DNA from: Cyanophora paradoxa CCMP329
Lineage: Eukaryota > Plantae > Glaucophyta
Direction of reading: 5' to 3'
Length of the DNA: 64,000 nt
Assembly: GCA_004431415.1 (NCBI GenBank)
Contig: QPMI01000228.1
Location: 1-64,000 of the forward strand
Made by a program: the position numbers and the translations under genes. This document shows positions 11,261-22,153 of this stretch, one piece after another (the first letter of the stretch is position 1; every line of letters begins with the position of its first letter). The notes below the pieces were generated by a model. That model made no database searches. It was given only the letters and a program-made list of their open reading frames with translations, and had not been told where the DNA came from.

Positions 11261-12398
11261 CGCGCTTCAGGGTTCGAGGAGCGCGCCTGATCGCGCGGAG
11301 GGCGGGTCAGCTCACGCTCGCGGCGCCGGGGCCGTCGGTTGCCGCTTCGAGGGACGCACCGAACGCTCGCGCCGCGCCTGAGCACGTGAACCGCTTCTTC
11401 TGATTCGCGAACTGGGTAGAGAAGCTCGGAGGGGGAAGAAGCAGGAAATGGGGGGTAGAGTGCGTCCAGAGACTAAGTACCTCACTAAGGAGCTGGGGTA
11501 GAAAAACAACAGGGGGGTAGAGTGCGTGACGGGCCCTGAGTGGGAATCGCCGGAGCGAGAGAACACATGTGCCCGAAACGACACTAGCCGGCATCTAGCC
11601 GCTGATGGGCCAGTGGTGGGCCAGTGGTGGCTAGGCAATTTTGGGTACTTCAATTTCGGATTTCAATGCCTTCGTCTTCAACGAACGGCCGCAGTAGGCT
11701 GCCAGACTGTGCCAGTAGCGGCCGCGCTTACCCTGGAAAAACCGGTTTCCCCCATGGCCAGCTGTCGGAGCTTTCTGCGACCTTCAAGCGCAGCAGCGGA
11801 CGATCCGGCGGGCGCGGGCGCCCCCCCAGTGAACTTTCGCAGAGCTGCAGGCAGCCTGCAGGCTGCAGCCTAGCTAGGCCGCAGCAGTCCTGCAGTGCGC
11901 TTTCGCATGCATGCGCGGCGATGATCGTGATCTTGAGCGCCAACTCCAAGTAGATAGCAGCTCTTGGCTCGTGCCTTGCAACGGCATCTGCGCGGCAGCT
12001 GCGGCCAGGTGCGGCGTCCCAAACCTCCAACCGCTCTCCCTCGCTCTCTTGAGGTTAACGTTCATCGAACGAGGAAGGCCTGCTCCTAGCAACGGCAACG
12101 GCAGCTGCGGGTTCAACGTCGAAAACCTCCACCCGCGCTCGAAGTTCGCTCGCTCGCCCAAGATCAATCAGGAGCGAGGACCGTGACCCGGCCTCAGCGC
12201 CTGATTTGACGTTGCAGCCAGCAGCGATCGACCAGCGCGCCCGTTTCCTGCGCGAAGAGTGGTCCGCGGGTAACGATGGCTCTCAACGTTAACGTTAACG
12301 GGGATCAAGCGAGTCTCGCGAAGGTCCGCTGCGTCTGCGCGGGATCCGCGTTGCGGATGCGCTAGGGCGCTGCGCCCCCACGCCCTTGGCCATGGCAG

Positions 12399-15300
12399 GT
12401 GGATGGGAAACTGGATCTTCTCGCACACCTGATCCAGAAGCGCGTCGAGCCGGTGGCACCGGTGCGTCCCCAGGCATCCCGGAACTCCGCGCCCTCGCGA
12501 TCGACGGCGCCTCACGGGGCGCCGGGGGATGTGCGGCAGCCTCTGACGGGGCGGCCGACGCCGCGGGTCTCCTCGTACGGGTCGCTTACCGCGCGGGGCA
12601 CCGCGGAGTCGTCCCGGCGGGCCGGCTCCAACGGCGCGGCCGCGGGCGGGGCGGGCGCCGGCCTGCGCTCGGGCAGCTTCCCCGAGCTGGAGACGGAGGA
12701 GCGGGAGGGGCCGCCGGGGCTCGTGGAAGCGAGCCCGCACTCGAGCAGCAGCGCCGGCTCCTCCTCCTCCGCCGACCGCGACCCCGAGGCCCCCGGCACC
12801 GCCGCTGACCCTGGCGCCGCCACGCCGCCCGCGCGCGGGCGAGCTTCGGGCGGCGCGCGGGGCCGCCCCCGGCCCTCGCCCAGTCCTTCTCGTACACCTC
12901 TTCCTTCAGGCTCCGCTCCCGCCGCGCCTCGACGGGCGACATCACCCCGAGGAGGCCGCCGCCGCCGCCGCCGCCCTCGCCCCCGGCGATCCCGATGCCC
13001 CGCCGAGCCCGACGCTTCCTCCCCCGAGCTGCCGCCGGCGGCGAGCCCGGCGAACGCCCCGCCGCCTCTAGATCACCCCCGCTCTCCACCTCGCCCCTCC
13101 CCGAGTCTGCCCTCCGCGGCGCCATCGGAGTGCTGCGCCAGGGCCGCCGCGGCAGCTTGCCGGCGGCGCCGCCACTGCCGCCCGCCACGGCGGCCGGCCC
13201 CGCCTCCGCCGGCGATCGCGACCGCGACTTCGTGCGCCGCGCCACCGGCCCCCGGGCCCCCCGGGGCGCCCTGCGCCGCCTCGCGGGCTCAAGGGGCCGG
13301 GGCGCAGCTGAAGGACTTCGCGGACATCCGCGACAAGATGTGCCGCGCCCAGCGCTGGGCCGTGCGCCCGCCCGCTCCCCGCCCCCCCCCTCCCCTCCCC
13401 CCCCCCCCCCCCCGCCCCCGCTCCCGCTCCCGCACGCGTCCAGCTGAGCTCAGCGGCTGACGGGGGAGGGGGCAGCACGACGACCGGCGGGTGCTGAAGA
13501 GCGGGGAGTTCGACCTCGACACGCTCGACAAGGGGGAGATCAAGGCGCGCCCCTCTGCGCCGCCCTCCGACGCGATCGCGAGGGGGCGGGGGCCTGACGG
13601 CGCCGGCGGGGGCGGCGCGCAGTACTACCGCTTCGACGTGCCCCCGGGGACCAACCGCCTGCTCGTCCGCCTCAAGGCCCTCTCGGGGGACCCCGACCTC
13701 TACGGTCCCCGCCCCGCCCGCCCCGCCGCGCCCCGCCTCCAGCGTTGAGCCCGGCGGCGTGCAGCGTCGTTCCTGTACGACTTCCCGTCGCCGGAGCGGC
13801 ACACGTTCAAGAGCGCGAACGAGGGCGACGACGCCCTCGAGCTCACCGACCAGGACCCCGAGTTCAAGGCCCGCACCCCCCCCCCACCCCCGCCGGCGCT
13901 GATGGCGAGGCGGGTGCGGGCAGGCGGCGCCGCTGTACATCGCGGTGCACGGGGCGGTGAAGAGCGAGTACCGCCTAGCCTGCCTCGCCGCCTCTTCAGT
14001 CGTCCTCACCCCCTCCAAGTGCCCCGCCCCGCCCCGCCCTCCCCGCCCCGCCCCGCAGCTGAGCGGAGTGAGCCGCGCAGGGCGGCGGCGGGGGTGTGCG
14101 AGCCGCACCTGCCGGCCTACTTCCGCGTCAACCTCCCCGACGCCCGCATGTCCATCTGCGTCCGCCTCAGTCCGCCCGCCCCGCCCCGCTCCCCCTTCCA
14201 GCCCCGCCCCCGAGGCCTGCCGCTGACGGTGGCGCGGCGGCAGCGCTGGAGAGCGGGGAGGAGCTGCAGGAGGAATACAAGCCGCGGCTGTACGCGTCGA
14301 CGGAGCGCAAGTTCCCGGACGCGCGGCGGCGCACGTGGGAGCTCCGCTTCCCCGAGGACGAGCCCGAGGCGCTCCTCGTCATCGACCCCATCGACCTCCG
14401 CTTCCGCGCCGGGTCCTCCCCCCCCCCCCCCCCCCCCCCCGGGCCCCGCGCCCGCGCCTCGGGCCGGACGGCTGAGGCGGGCGGGGCGGGGGCAGGTGGG
14501 TGTACCTGGCGGTGGACGGCCCGCTGACGGCCTCCGTCAAGTTCTCCATCAACGCCTACCAGCGCAAGTGTGAGCCGCCCCGCAGAGCTCGGCCTCCCGC
14601 CCCCGCCCCCCGCCTCGAGAGCTCCGATCGAGCGGGCCGGGCGGCGCTGCGCAGACCCGCACGACCCGCGGGGCGAGGCGCGGCTGGACCGGTCGGCGAT
14701 GCTCGCGATGACGCGCGCCGTCAACAGCGGCCTCTACTCGCGCGCCGGCACCGCCGCCGCTTCCGCCCGCCCGACGAGCTCCGCCTCCCTCGCCCTCGCC
14801 CTCGGCATCGACGAGGCCGGCAGCGAGGCCGGCTCCGCGACGACCCGCGCCTCGGGATCCCGCCCCGCCGTCCCCCGCTCCCTCAGCAGCATCACGCCCC
14901 GCGGGCCCTCCCTCAACGCCCCCGCGGGCGCCGTGGGCGGCGTGGGCGGCGGGCGGGCCGCCTCGGGCTTCGCGACGCTCTCCATGGGCGCCATCGCGCG
15001 CTCCTCGCTGCCCCCCATCGAGTCCCCGGCCCCCGGTCCCGGCGACGACGACGAGGAGGAGGCCCCGCCGGCCGCCGCCCGCGCGCAGGCCCCGCCCCGC
15101 TCCTTCTCCAACATCTCCGCCCCGGCCGCCGCCTCCCCGGTCGGGGCCGGGGGCGGCAGCGGCTCGGGGGGGAGCCCGCTGGCGATGGCGGCGCCGAGCC
15201 TGAGGGTGGAGGCTGTGGAGGCGGAGCCGGGGCGGTGGGGCGGGGGCAGCCTGCGGGGGGGCCGCGCCTTCCGCTCGGGCTCCTTCTCGGCCTCGACGAG

Positions 15301-16107
15301 CCCCTACGGGGGCGCGACGCCGCAGCGGCCCAGCCCCAGCATCTCCCCCGTCGAGCCGGCCTCGCCCAGCGCGGGGCAGGCCACGCCCTCGCCCCGCGCC
15401 TCCGCCGCCACCCTCCGCCCGCCGCCCCGCCTCCTCGGGCGGGCGCTTCCTCACCCGGCGCCGCCCCCGGGCGCCCCGGCACGACGAGCCGCGGCTCGGC
15501 CACGCCGGAGGCCGGCCCGGGCGGGGAGGCGGTGACCCCGAGAGCCTGGCCCTCGCCATGGCCTCCAACGCGCGCCGCGCCGCCGCCGGCGCCGGCTCCG
15601 GGGCCCCCTCGGCCGCCGGGGACATCGAGGCGGGCGGCTCGGGCCCGCCGTCGGGGCGGCGAGCCGGCGCGGCTCGCTGCACCGCTACAACACGTTCAGC
15701 GTGCGCGAGGGGGCGCCCTCGCGGCGCGCCTCCCTCCTCTCAGAGACCCTCCCGAGGGGAGCGCCAGCGTCCCCTCCGCCTCCCCGCCCGCCATGGCGGC
15801 CGACGCCGAGGCCGCCCCCGCCCCGGGAGAGCGCGGGCGTCGCGGGGGCGGGGGCCGGGGTGGGGGTCGGGTTCCTGCAGCGCTCGGGGACGCTGGTGCG
15901 GTCGGGGACGATGAACCGGCGGCGCTCGGCGGAGCTCGCCGCGCCCCCGAGCGTCGCCGACGTCCTCGCGAGGCTCGAGGCGCGCGAGGCCGCCCGCCCG
16001 CCCCGCAGGAGGAGGAGGCGGCGCCGGCGGCGGCCCCGCCCCGCCCCTCACCCGCTCCCGCTCCCCGACATCGTCTTCCCGAGGGCCGCCTCCGCCCCGA
16101 CCTCTGA
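12399..16107 (+). CDS. Multi-exon protein with two tandem PPC-like (pre-peptidase C-terminal) beta domains and low-complexity Ser/Pro termini; boundaries approximate
   Basis: Exons YYRFDVPPGTNRLLVRLKALSGDPDLY|..FPSPERHTFKS..GDDALEL...LYIAVHG and YFRVNLP..PRLYAST..FPD...VYLAVDG match the YY.F....L.V.L....GD.DLY PPC pattern. Confidence 0.55.
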
Positions 16108-17085
16108 TCCCCGCCCGGCCCCCCGGCCCCCGGCCCCCCGGCCCCGCCTCCCGCTCATCCCCGCTCCGCATCCCCCCCATGCGTCTCGCATCTGGCCCTC
16201 CGCATCCGCATCCTTCGACTAGATCTTTCCCGTTCACTTTCGGGAGCTCTGGGACCTAGCCCTAGGCCTCCAGGAGCCCCTAGGCGTATCCTTTCGGCGC
16301 AGCCGCCTCCGCAAGATTTGGCTTAATTTAGTCTTGACTCGAGCTCGAATCATCGCAGTTGGTCTATAGCGTATGCGTATCGCCGTAGTAGTGCTCTAGA
16401 ATACGTTCCGCTGCTTAACTGCTGACTGCTGCGTGCAACAAAATGCAATTGCTTCCTAGTGCTAGCTTTAGTGCGAATCCGAACTGCTTTAAGTTTTTTT
16501 CGAATCTTGATCGATTGTGTACAGCCTGTGCAATTGCAATCTCTTAGATCGGAATCAATATATCTACGTAGATGAGAAGCCTGAAGTTTAATCCTTTTTT
16601 GTGCAAGTAGCTCAGCTTACTGTGCATACCACGACTCCTTGTCACAGTGTCGAATTCGAATTCAATCCTCCGAATCTGGCTCCCGGAGTCCGATACGGCC
16701 CCAGGGCCCGGCCCCCTTGAATCATGGCTAGCCTAGTAGTAGCATTTGGAGTCACTGATCATGAATTGCGATTCAATGATTGGCCCCGGGCCCCCTATAC
16801 TATGATAGCTCAGCGGCTAACATTCATGATCCGATGATCAGGCCAGCCTGGCAGGCCGCGGGCCCTGATCATCATGGCATGAGGCTAGGCGAGCCGCTCA
16901 ATCAATCACGGATCCGGAGTCAGGAGCTGTAGCTGGCAATGGACTCGCGATGTGGTCATGATCAGAAGACGACATCATTCCAGAAATGTGCACTCAGTGT
17001 CTATAGCTAGCTACTGCAGCTGTACATGCGCATGCGCATGTACACGACATGCTACACAACCAGGGCGAATTCGAAGCAGCGCATG

Positions 17086-20000
17086 TCACTGCAGTGCGAG
17101 GGCGAATCGCTGCACGGCGGCGGCGGCCTCGGCGCTGCCCCTGTCTGCGCGCGCCGCCTTGGTGGCCGCCGCCAGCGCGAACGCGAACATGCTGCGGCCC
17201 TCGAAAGAGAGCGCCTGCTGCATGTGCGCCTGCGCGCCGGCGCGCGCGTTACGGTCGCGTGTGATGTGCATTCCGGGCACGCGGGCAGCTGCGGTGCACG
17301 TGGGGCACGCATGCACCTCGCACAGCTGCTTCCTGGTGCCGGTGAAGAGGTTGGGCATGTTCTCGCCGGCCTCCGTCGCCAGCCAGGAGAAGCGCTCCGC
17401 CTCCTTCCAGCGGCCCCCGGCGAGGGCCCCCTCGCCGGCGCGCCGCGCGAAGAGGGCCTGCAGCGCGAGGCACTCCTGCGCGACCTGCCGCAGCGACTCC
17501 CCCTCCCGCCCCTCGAGCCCCGCCCGCGCCACCGCGAGGTGCAGCGCCCGCGCCTCTGCCGCGTACTCCTCCGCCAGCTCCGCCCTCGCCTCCCCCCCGA
17601 GCCGCTCGCCGGAGGCCCTCGCCCGCTCCAGGGCGGCCTGGAGGGCGGCGCGCTTTGCGGTCTCGTCCCGCGGGGCCGGGGGCGGGGCGCGGCCCTCGAG
17701 CCGCAGCACGAAGTCGTCGACGGGGACGCTGAACGGGTCGCGCGCCTCTGCCGCCCGCGCCGCCCTCAGCGCCTCCGGCCGCCTCCCCTGCTTCTGCAGC
17801 GCCTCCGCCAGCGCCAGCCACGCCTGCGCGGCCGCCGGCCGTGAGGGGCGGCGGTGCGCGGTGAGGGAGGTGGCGAGGGGGCCGGGGCGCACGGCGGCCG
17901 GCTTGCGGCGCATGTCCTCCCCGGGGAACCGCGAGTCGAACCTGTCCCACATGGCGATCGCCTCGCGGGCCCACTGCTCGCCCCTCGCCGCCTCGCCGGC
18001 GGCCGTGTGCGCGATGGCGCCCCCGAGGGCGAGCTCGGCCTCGACGAGGTAGGCGCGGGCCCAGACCGTGCCGCCCCTCTCCTCTTGGGCCCGGATGGCG
18101 GGGCGGACGAGCTCGAGGGCCTCCGCGTACTTCTCGCAGCACTCCGGGTAGGACCAGGCGCCCGAGCCCATGCGCGTGCGCAGGTGCTCCCCGAAGGTGC
18201 GCGCCATCGTCGTCCGCGACACCAGCTCCCCGTCCACCCGCCCCTCCTCCACGTCCTGGAAGTAGGCCATCTTCTCCACGTCGAGGAGGTAGCCCGACTG
18301 CAGCAGCGCCGCCGGCGTCGCCCCCGCGTCGGCCGGCACCGAGTCCCCCGCCTTCTCCTCCAGCCGCCGCAGGCACTTCCGCACGACGGCGCCCTCGGGG
18401 TCGCGCTCCGCGCCCTTGCGCGCGGCGCCCACGGCCTCCGCCAGCCGCCCCTGCGCGTCCAGGACCTCCGCCAGGCACACCCACGCCTGCAGCGCGTTGA
18501 GCGCGCGCTCGCGCACCGCCGGCGGGGGGAACGTGAGAAGGGCAAGGGCAGGCGCACCGCGCTCCGCCTCTGGAAGATCAGCTGGTAGTTCTCCGTCGTC
18601 CTGTCCAGGTTCGTCATGTCGTCCCACTGCGCCACCGAGTGGCGCGCCCACTCCTCCGCGTTGGCGAGCTGCCCGCCAGGAAGCGAGAGCATGGCGGCGA
18701 TGAGCGCCGCCTCCGTCACCCGCCGGACGACCTTGATGGGGTCGTCCCCGAGCGAGCCGCTGCCCATCAACTCTATCATCGAGTCGCGACTGGCAGCCGC
18801 CGACTTGCGCATGTCGGCTCCCGCCTTGCCGAATCGCAGCGAGCCCGACACGAGTTGTGACAGAATCTTCTTTCCGTTCTGCTGCCCAAGCAGCATGGAC
18901 TCCAGCAGGTGCAGGTTGGACATGTGCGGCGCCCCGCATGCCGCGAGTGCCGGCGCCAAGGCCGACTCCCGCGCCGGCGCGAGGCGGGTGACGGTGTTGC
19001 TGATCTCGACGTCGGTGGGGTCGCGGCGCTGCGCCTCGAGTGCGGCGTCGAGCGCCGCGGCAGCCATGGTCTCGCCCTGGTCCTCTAGCGCCCGCGCGTA
19101 CGCGATCCACGCCTGCGGGCGGCGATCGGCCCGCCCCGAAGCGGGCGGGGCTGGGGCCAAGGCAGAGGGACCTTGGCGGAGTGCTGGAGGGCCTCGCTGC
19201 GCAGGAGCGGCGACTCGAACTCCTCGTTGTTGTCGATGATGCTCTCCAGGCCGTCGACCGCCTCCTTCGCCGCTGCCGCCGCCTCTCTCGAGCACCCGCA
19301 CCGCCGCCCGAACTCCGACGCCATCAGCATGTGCGCGCTCGCCAGGCTGCTCGCGTCCTTGATCGCGCTCCGGTCCCGCGCGGGGGGCGGCCCCTTGAGC
19401 GACCCCAGGGCGTCCCGCCCCGCGCTCAAGAACATCTCCATGACGGCCTGGAACTTGCCGGGCCACTCGGGGCCCTCGGAGTCGGCGGCGCGTCAGCAGT
19501 GCGCGCGGTGCGAGCAAGGCGCCGAGCGGAGCTGACCAGAGGAGAATTGTGTCCCGCCAGCAGCCGCGGAGCTCAGAGTAAGCGAACGTCTGCGCGGCGG
19601 AGCGTGAGGGGAGCAAGCAGCAGCAGGCGGACGGACCGCAGCGGACCTCTTCCCAGAGAAGCCGCCAGCCACGCGGCAGGTACGACTCGAAGAGCGCCAA
19701 ACCAGGCTCGGACTGCGAAGCGAAAGAGAGAGCGCGCGTCAGTCACTGCAGCCGGTGGTGGCGCCCGGTCTCCGTACGCGTACACGCCACGCGAATCGGC
19801 ACTGGCGGTCGCGATCGGGCGCTTACGTACGTGGGCAAGCGGTTTCGCGTGGTTCACTGCCCCGCGCGCCTCCCGTCCTTCCACGAGGAGGCGCAGCAGC
19901 CGCAGAACGGGCCGCCGCATCGCTATGTCGAGGTACCGCCAGCTCCGGAAGCACGGCCGCGTCACCTGGACCTCCCTGGACCGCAGCAGACTCGTCATGA

Positions 20001-20260
20001 TCAGAGCACGCTTACATCACGCGTACGAGGGGGCGATCGGACCAGCATTCCCTCGCGTTCGTGCTGGACGCGACGAGCGCGTTGATCAGAGCGCGGAGGT
20101 CATCGCCAGCGTCGTCTTCGACATCCTCCAGCGGGTCGATCGGGCCCTCCAGAGCGTGCGGCGGGCGCGCGGCCGGCGCCGCCTCGGCAACGATGAGCGG
20201 CAGGGCCTGCGCAGCGGCGTCTGCATTGTCGGCGTCGGCGCGCTGGCGTCGCTCCTTCAC
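17086..20260 (-). CDS. TPR-repeat protein, multi-exon; start approximate
   Basis: Repeated helical units QAWIAYARALEDQG..ALEAQRRDP, AWVCLAEVLDAQGRLAEAV.AARKG..RDP and AWLALAEALQKQGRRPEALRAARAA..RDP. Confidence 0.65.
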
Positions 20261-20459
20261 CTCGCTACCCCTTCATCTCAAGTGTCGCGCGCGGCGCGCG
20301 GCAGCCGCTGAGCTGGCGCCGGCGAATGCGCCGGGAAGACTGTACCCCCTCCGACCTTCTTCCCCTGCGAACGAAGACAACACATTTCGAATTCGAAGCG
20401 CAAGCTGGATCGACGTCGACTTCCAAGTCACTGAGTTCCGCGGCCGTACGCGTGCATGT

Positions 20460-20816
20460 TGCGCTGAGCGGGATGCGCTAAGCAGTTGGCTAGGCCCAGA
20501 GGCGCCCCAAGCAGAGAGGGACAGGCCCGTACGGCACCGTAGGGCGGCGGCAAGCGGGTGCCATTACGTACACAGCAGGCGCAGAGCCAGCGTAAGACAG
20601 ATAGTAAGACAGAGAGAACAAAGACAGATCTGGCAAGGACAGCAAGCGAGCGCCGCGCGGGGCAAGCGAGGGCCCAGGGCTAAAATAAGCGGGCCAGTTG
20701 GCAACAACGTGGCACCAGGAATAGCAGGCTACAAAGGGTACAAGGCAAGGCAAGCTGCCGGCTTAGAACCGACGACCAGGGCTAGCTGGGATCGGAGTCG
20801 GAAAGTGGGCGGCACA
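20460..20816. repeat. LTR (3' LTR in element orientation)
   Basis: Identical to 21670-22026 by eye; the ORF track gives an identical 87-aa ORF in both copies. Confidence 0.93.
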
Positions 20817-21669
20817 CGCTTCCCGCTACAAAAAGCCGTCCTCGGCGCTACGAGCTAAAGGCTGAACTAAAGCTACGTAGGCGAGGCTGAACGTTAACGG
20901 ACTACGAGCCAAAAGCCGGCTACCGTCCCTGCACAGAAAGCCGTCCTCGGCGCCACAGCGGGCGGGCCAGAGGGGCGCTTCATAGCTGCCTGGCGAGCCT
21001 GGCATGTCACGAGCATGCTGGCGACTCGACAAAACGAGACGACGACGAGAAGAAGGTATGTTTGGTATGTTTGTGAAGAATACTCATCCAGGTATCTTTT
21101 ATCATCATATGTCTCACTGTACGTGGACCAGAGAAGAAACGACAGGCCATAACGACAAGAAGATCATCATTCGATCGGCGTCAACACGCAATTCGATCGT
21201 TATGACGACGTGTGTAGATGTAGAGGGTGTTGCTCCACATACAATACATTTAGTAGTACGTTGTGGCGTCGTCTCTCGATACAATACAATACAGTTTCAT
21301 TCGACATGCGCGCGGGCTGCATCAGCATCTGTTCTTGAGCGCAGCCACGGCACGTTTAGATGACTGTGAGCGCATGCGGCTCAATAGACGGGTTGGCGGA
21401 CGCTTCCCACTACAGAAAGAGTGGTGCGCCAGGTCCGTAAGCAAGAAAGGCGCAGTGGCGGGTGGAAAGCTTAAGGCATGAACCATGCGGTTCGTATTGC
21501 TAAGCTCTGCCGCATAGGCGCTTCCCACTACAAGAGAGTGGAGGCCGTACGCGCAAGCCAAGCCTTGAAGGCAAACGATGGCGTGGTTGTCCAGGGGTTC
21601 GGGCAAGAGCGCAGCGTTCGTCCCCAGGCATACGAGCTAAAAAGTCGAAGCCCAACGCAGCAGCCCCCA

Positions 21670-22026
21670 TGCGCTGAGCGGGATGCGCTAAGCAGTTGGC
21701 TAGGCCCAGAGGCGCCCCAAGCAGAGAGGGACAGGCCCGTACGGCACCGTAGGGCGGCGGCAAGCGGGTGCCATTACGTACACAGCAGGCGCAGAGCCAG
21801 CGTAAGACAGATAGTAAGACAGAGAGAACAAAGACAGATCTGGCAAGGACAGCAAGCGAGCGCCGCGCGGGGCAAGCGAGGGCCCAGGGCTAAAATAAGC
21901 GGGCCAGTTGGCAACAACGTGGCACCAGGAATAGCAGGCTACAAAGGGTACAAGGCAAGGCAAGCTGCCGGCTTAGAACCGACGACCAGGGCTAGCTGGG
22001 ATCGGAGTCGGAAAGTGGGCGGCACA
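21670..22026. repeat. LTR (5' LTR in element orientation)
   Basis: Identical to 20460-20816. Confidence 0.93.
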
Positions 22027-22153
22027 ATGTGAACGTGCTTCCCCATGGGCCAGAGCGCATTCAAAACAGCTTGGCAGGTTGCCATGGACAGCGACGGGCT
22101 ACAAATTTGAATGGGCCGGGAGCTATATATATAGCCTAAAGCGCTAGCTATAG

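Larger units (their letters stand above)
20460..22026 (-). mobile_element. Non-autonomous LTR retrotransposon (TRIM-like), 1567 bp, with 4-bp TSD ATGT
   Basis: Identical 357-bp TG...CA direct repeats at 20460-20816 and 21670-22026; ATGT at 20456-20459 and 22027-22030; minus-strand PBS-like TGGGGGCT abutting the right LTR and purine-rich GTAGCGGGAAGCG abutting the left LTR; 853-bp interior without recognisable gag/pol. Confidence 0.92.
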
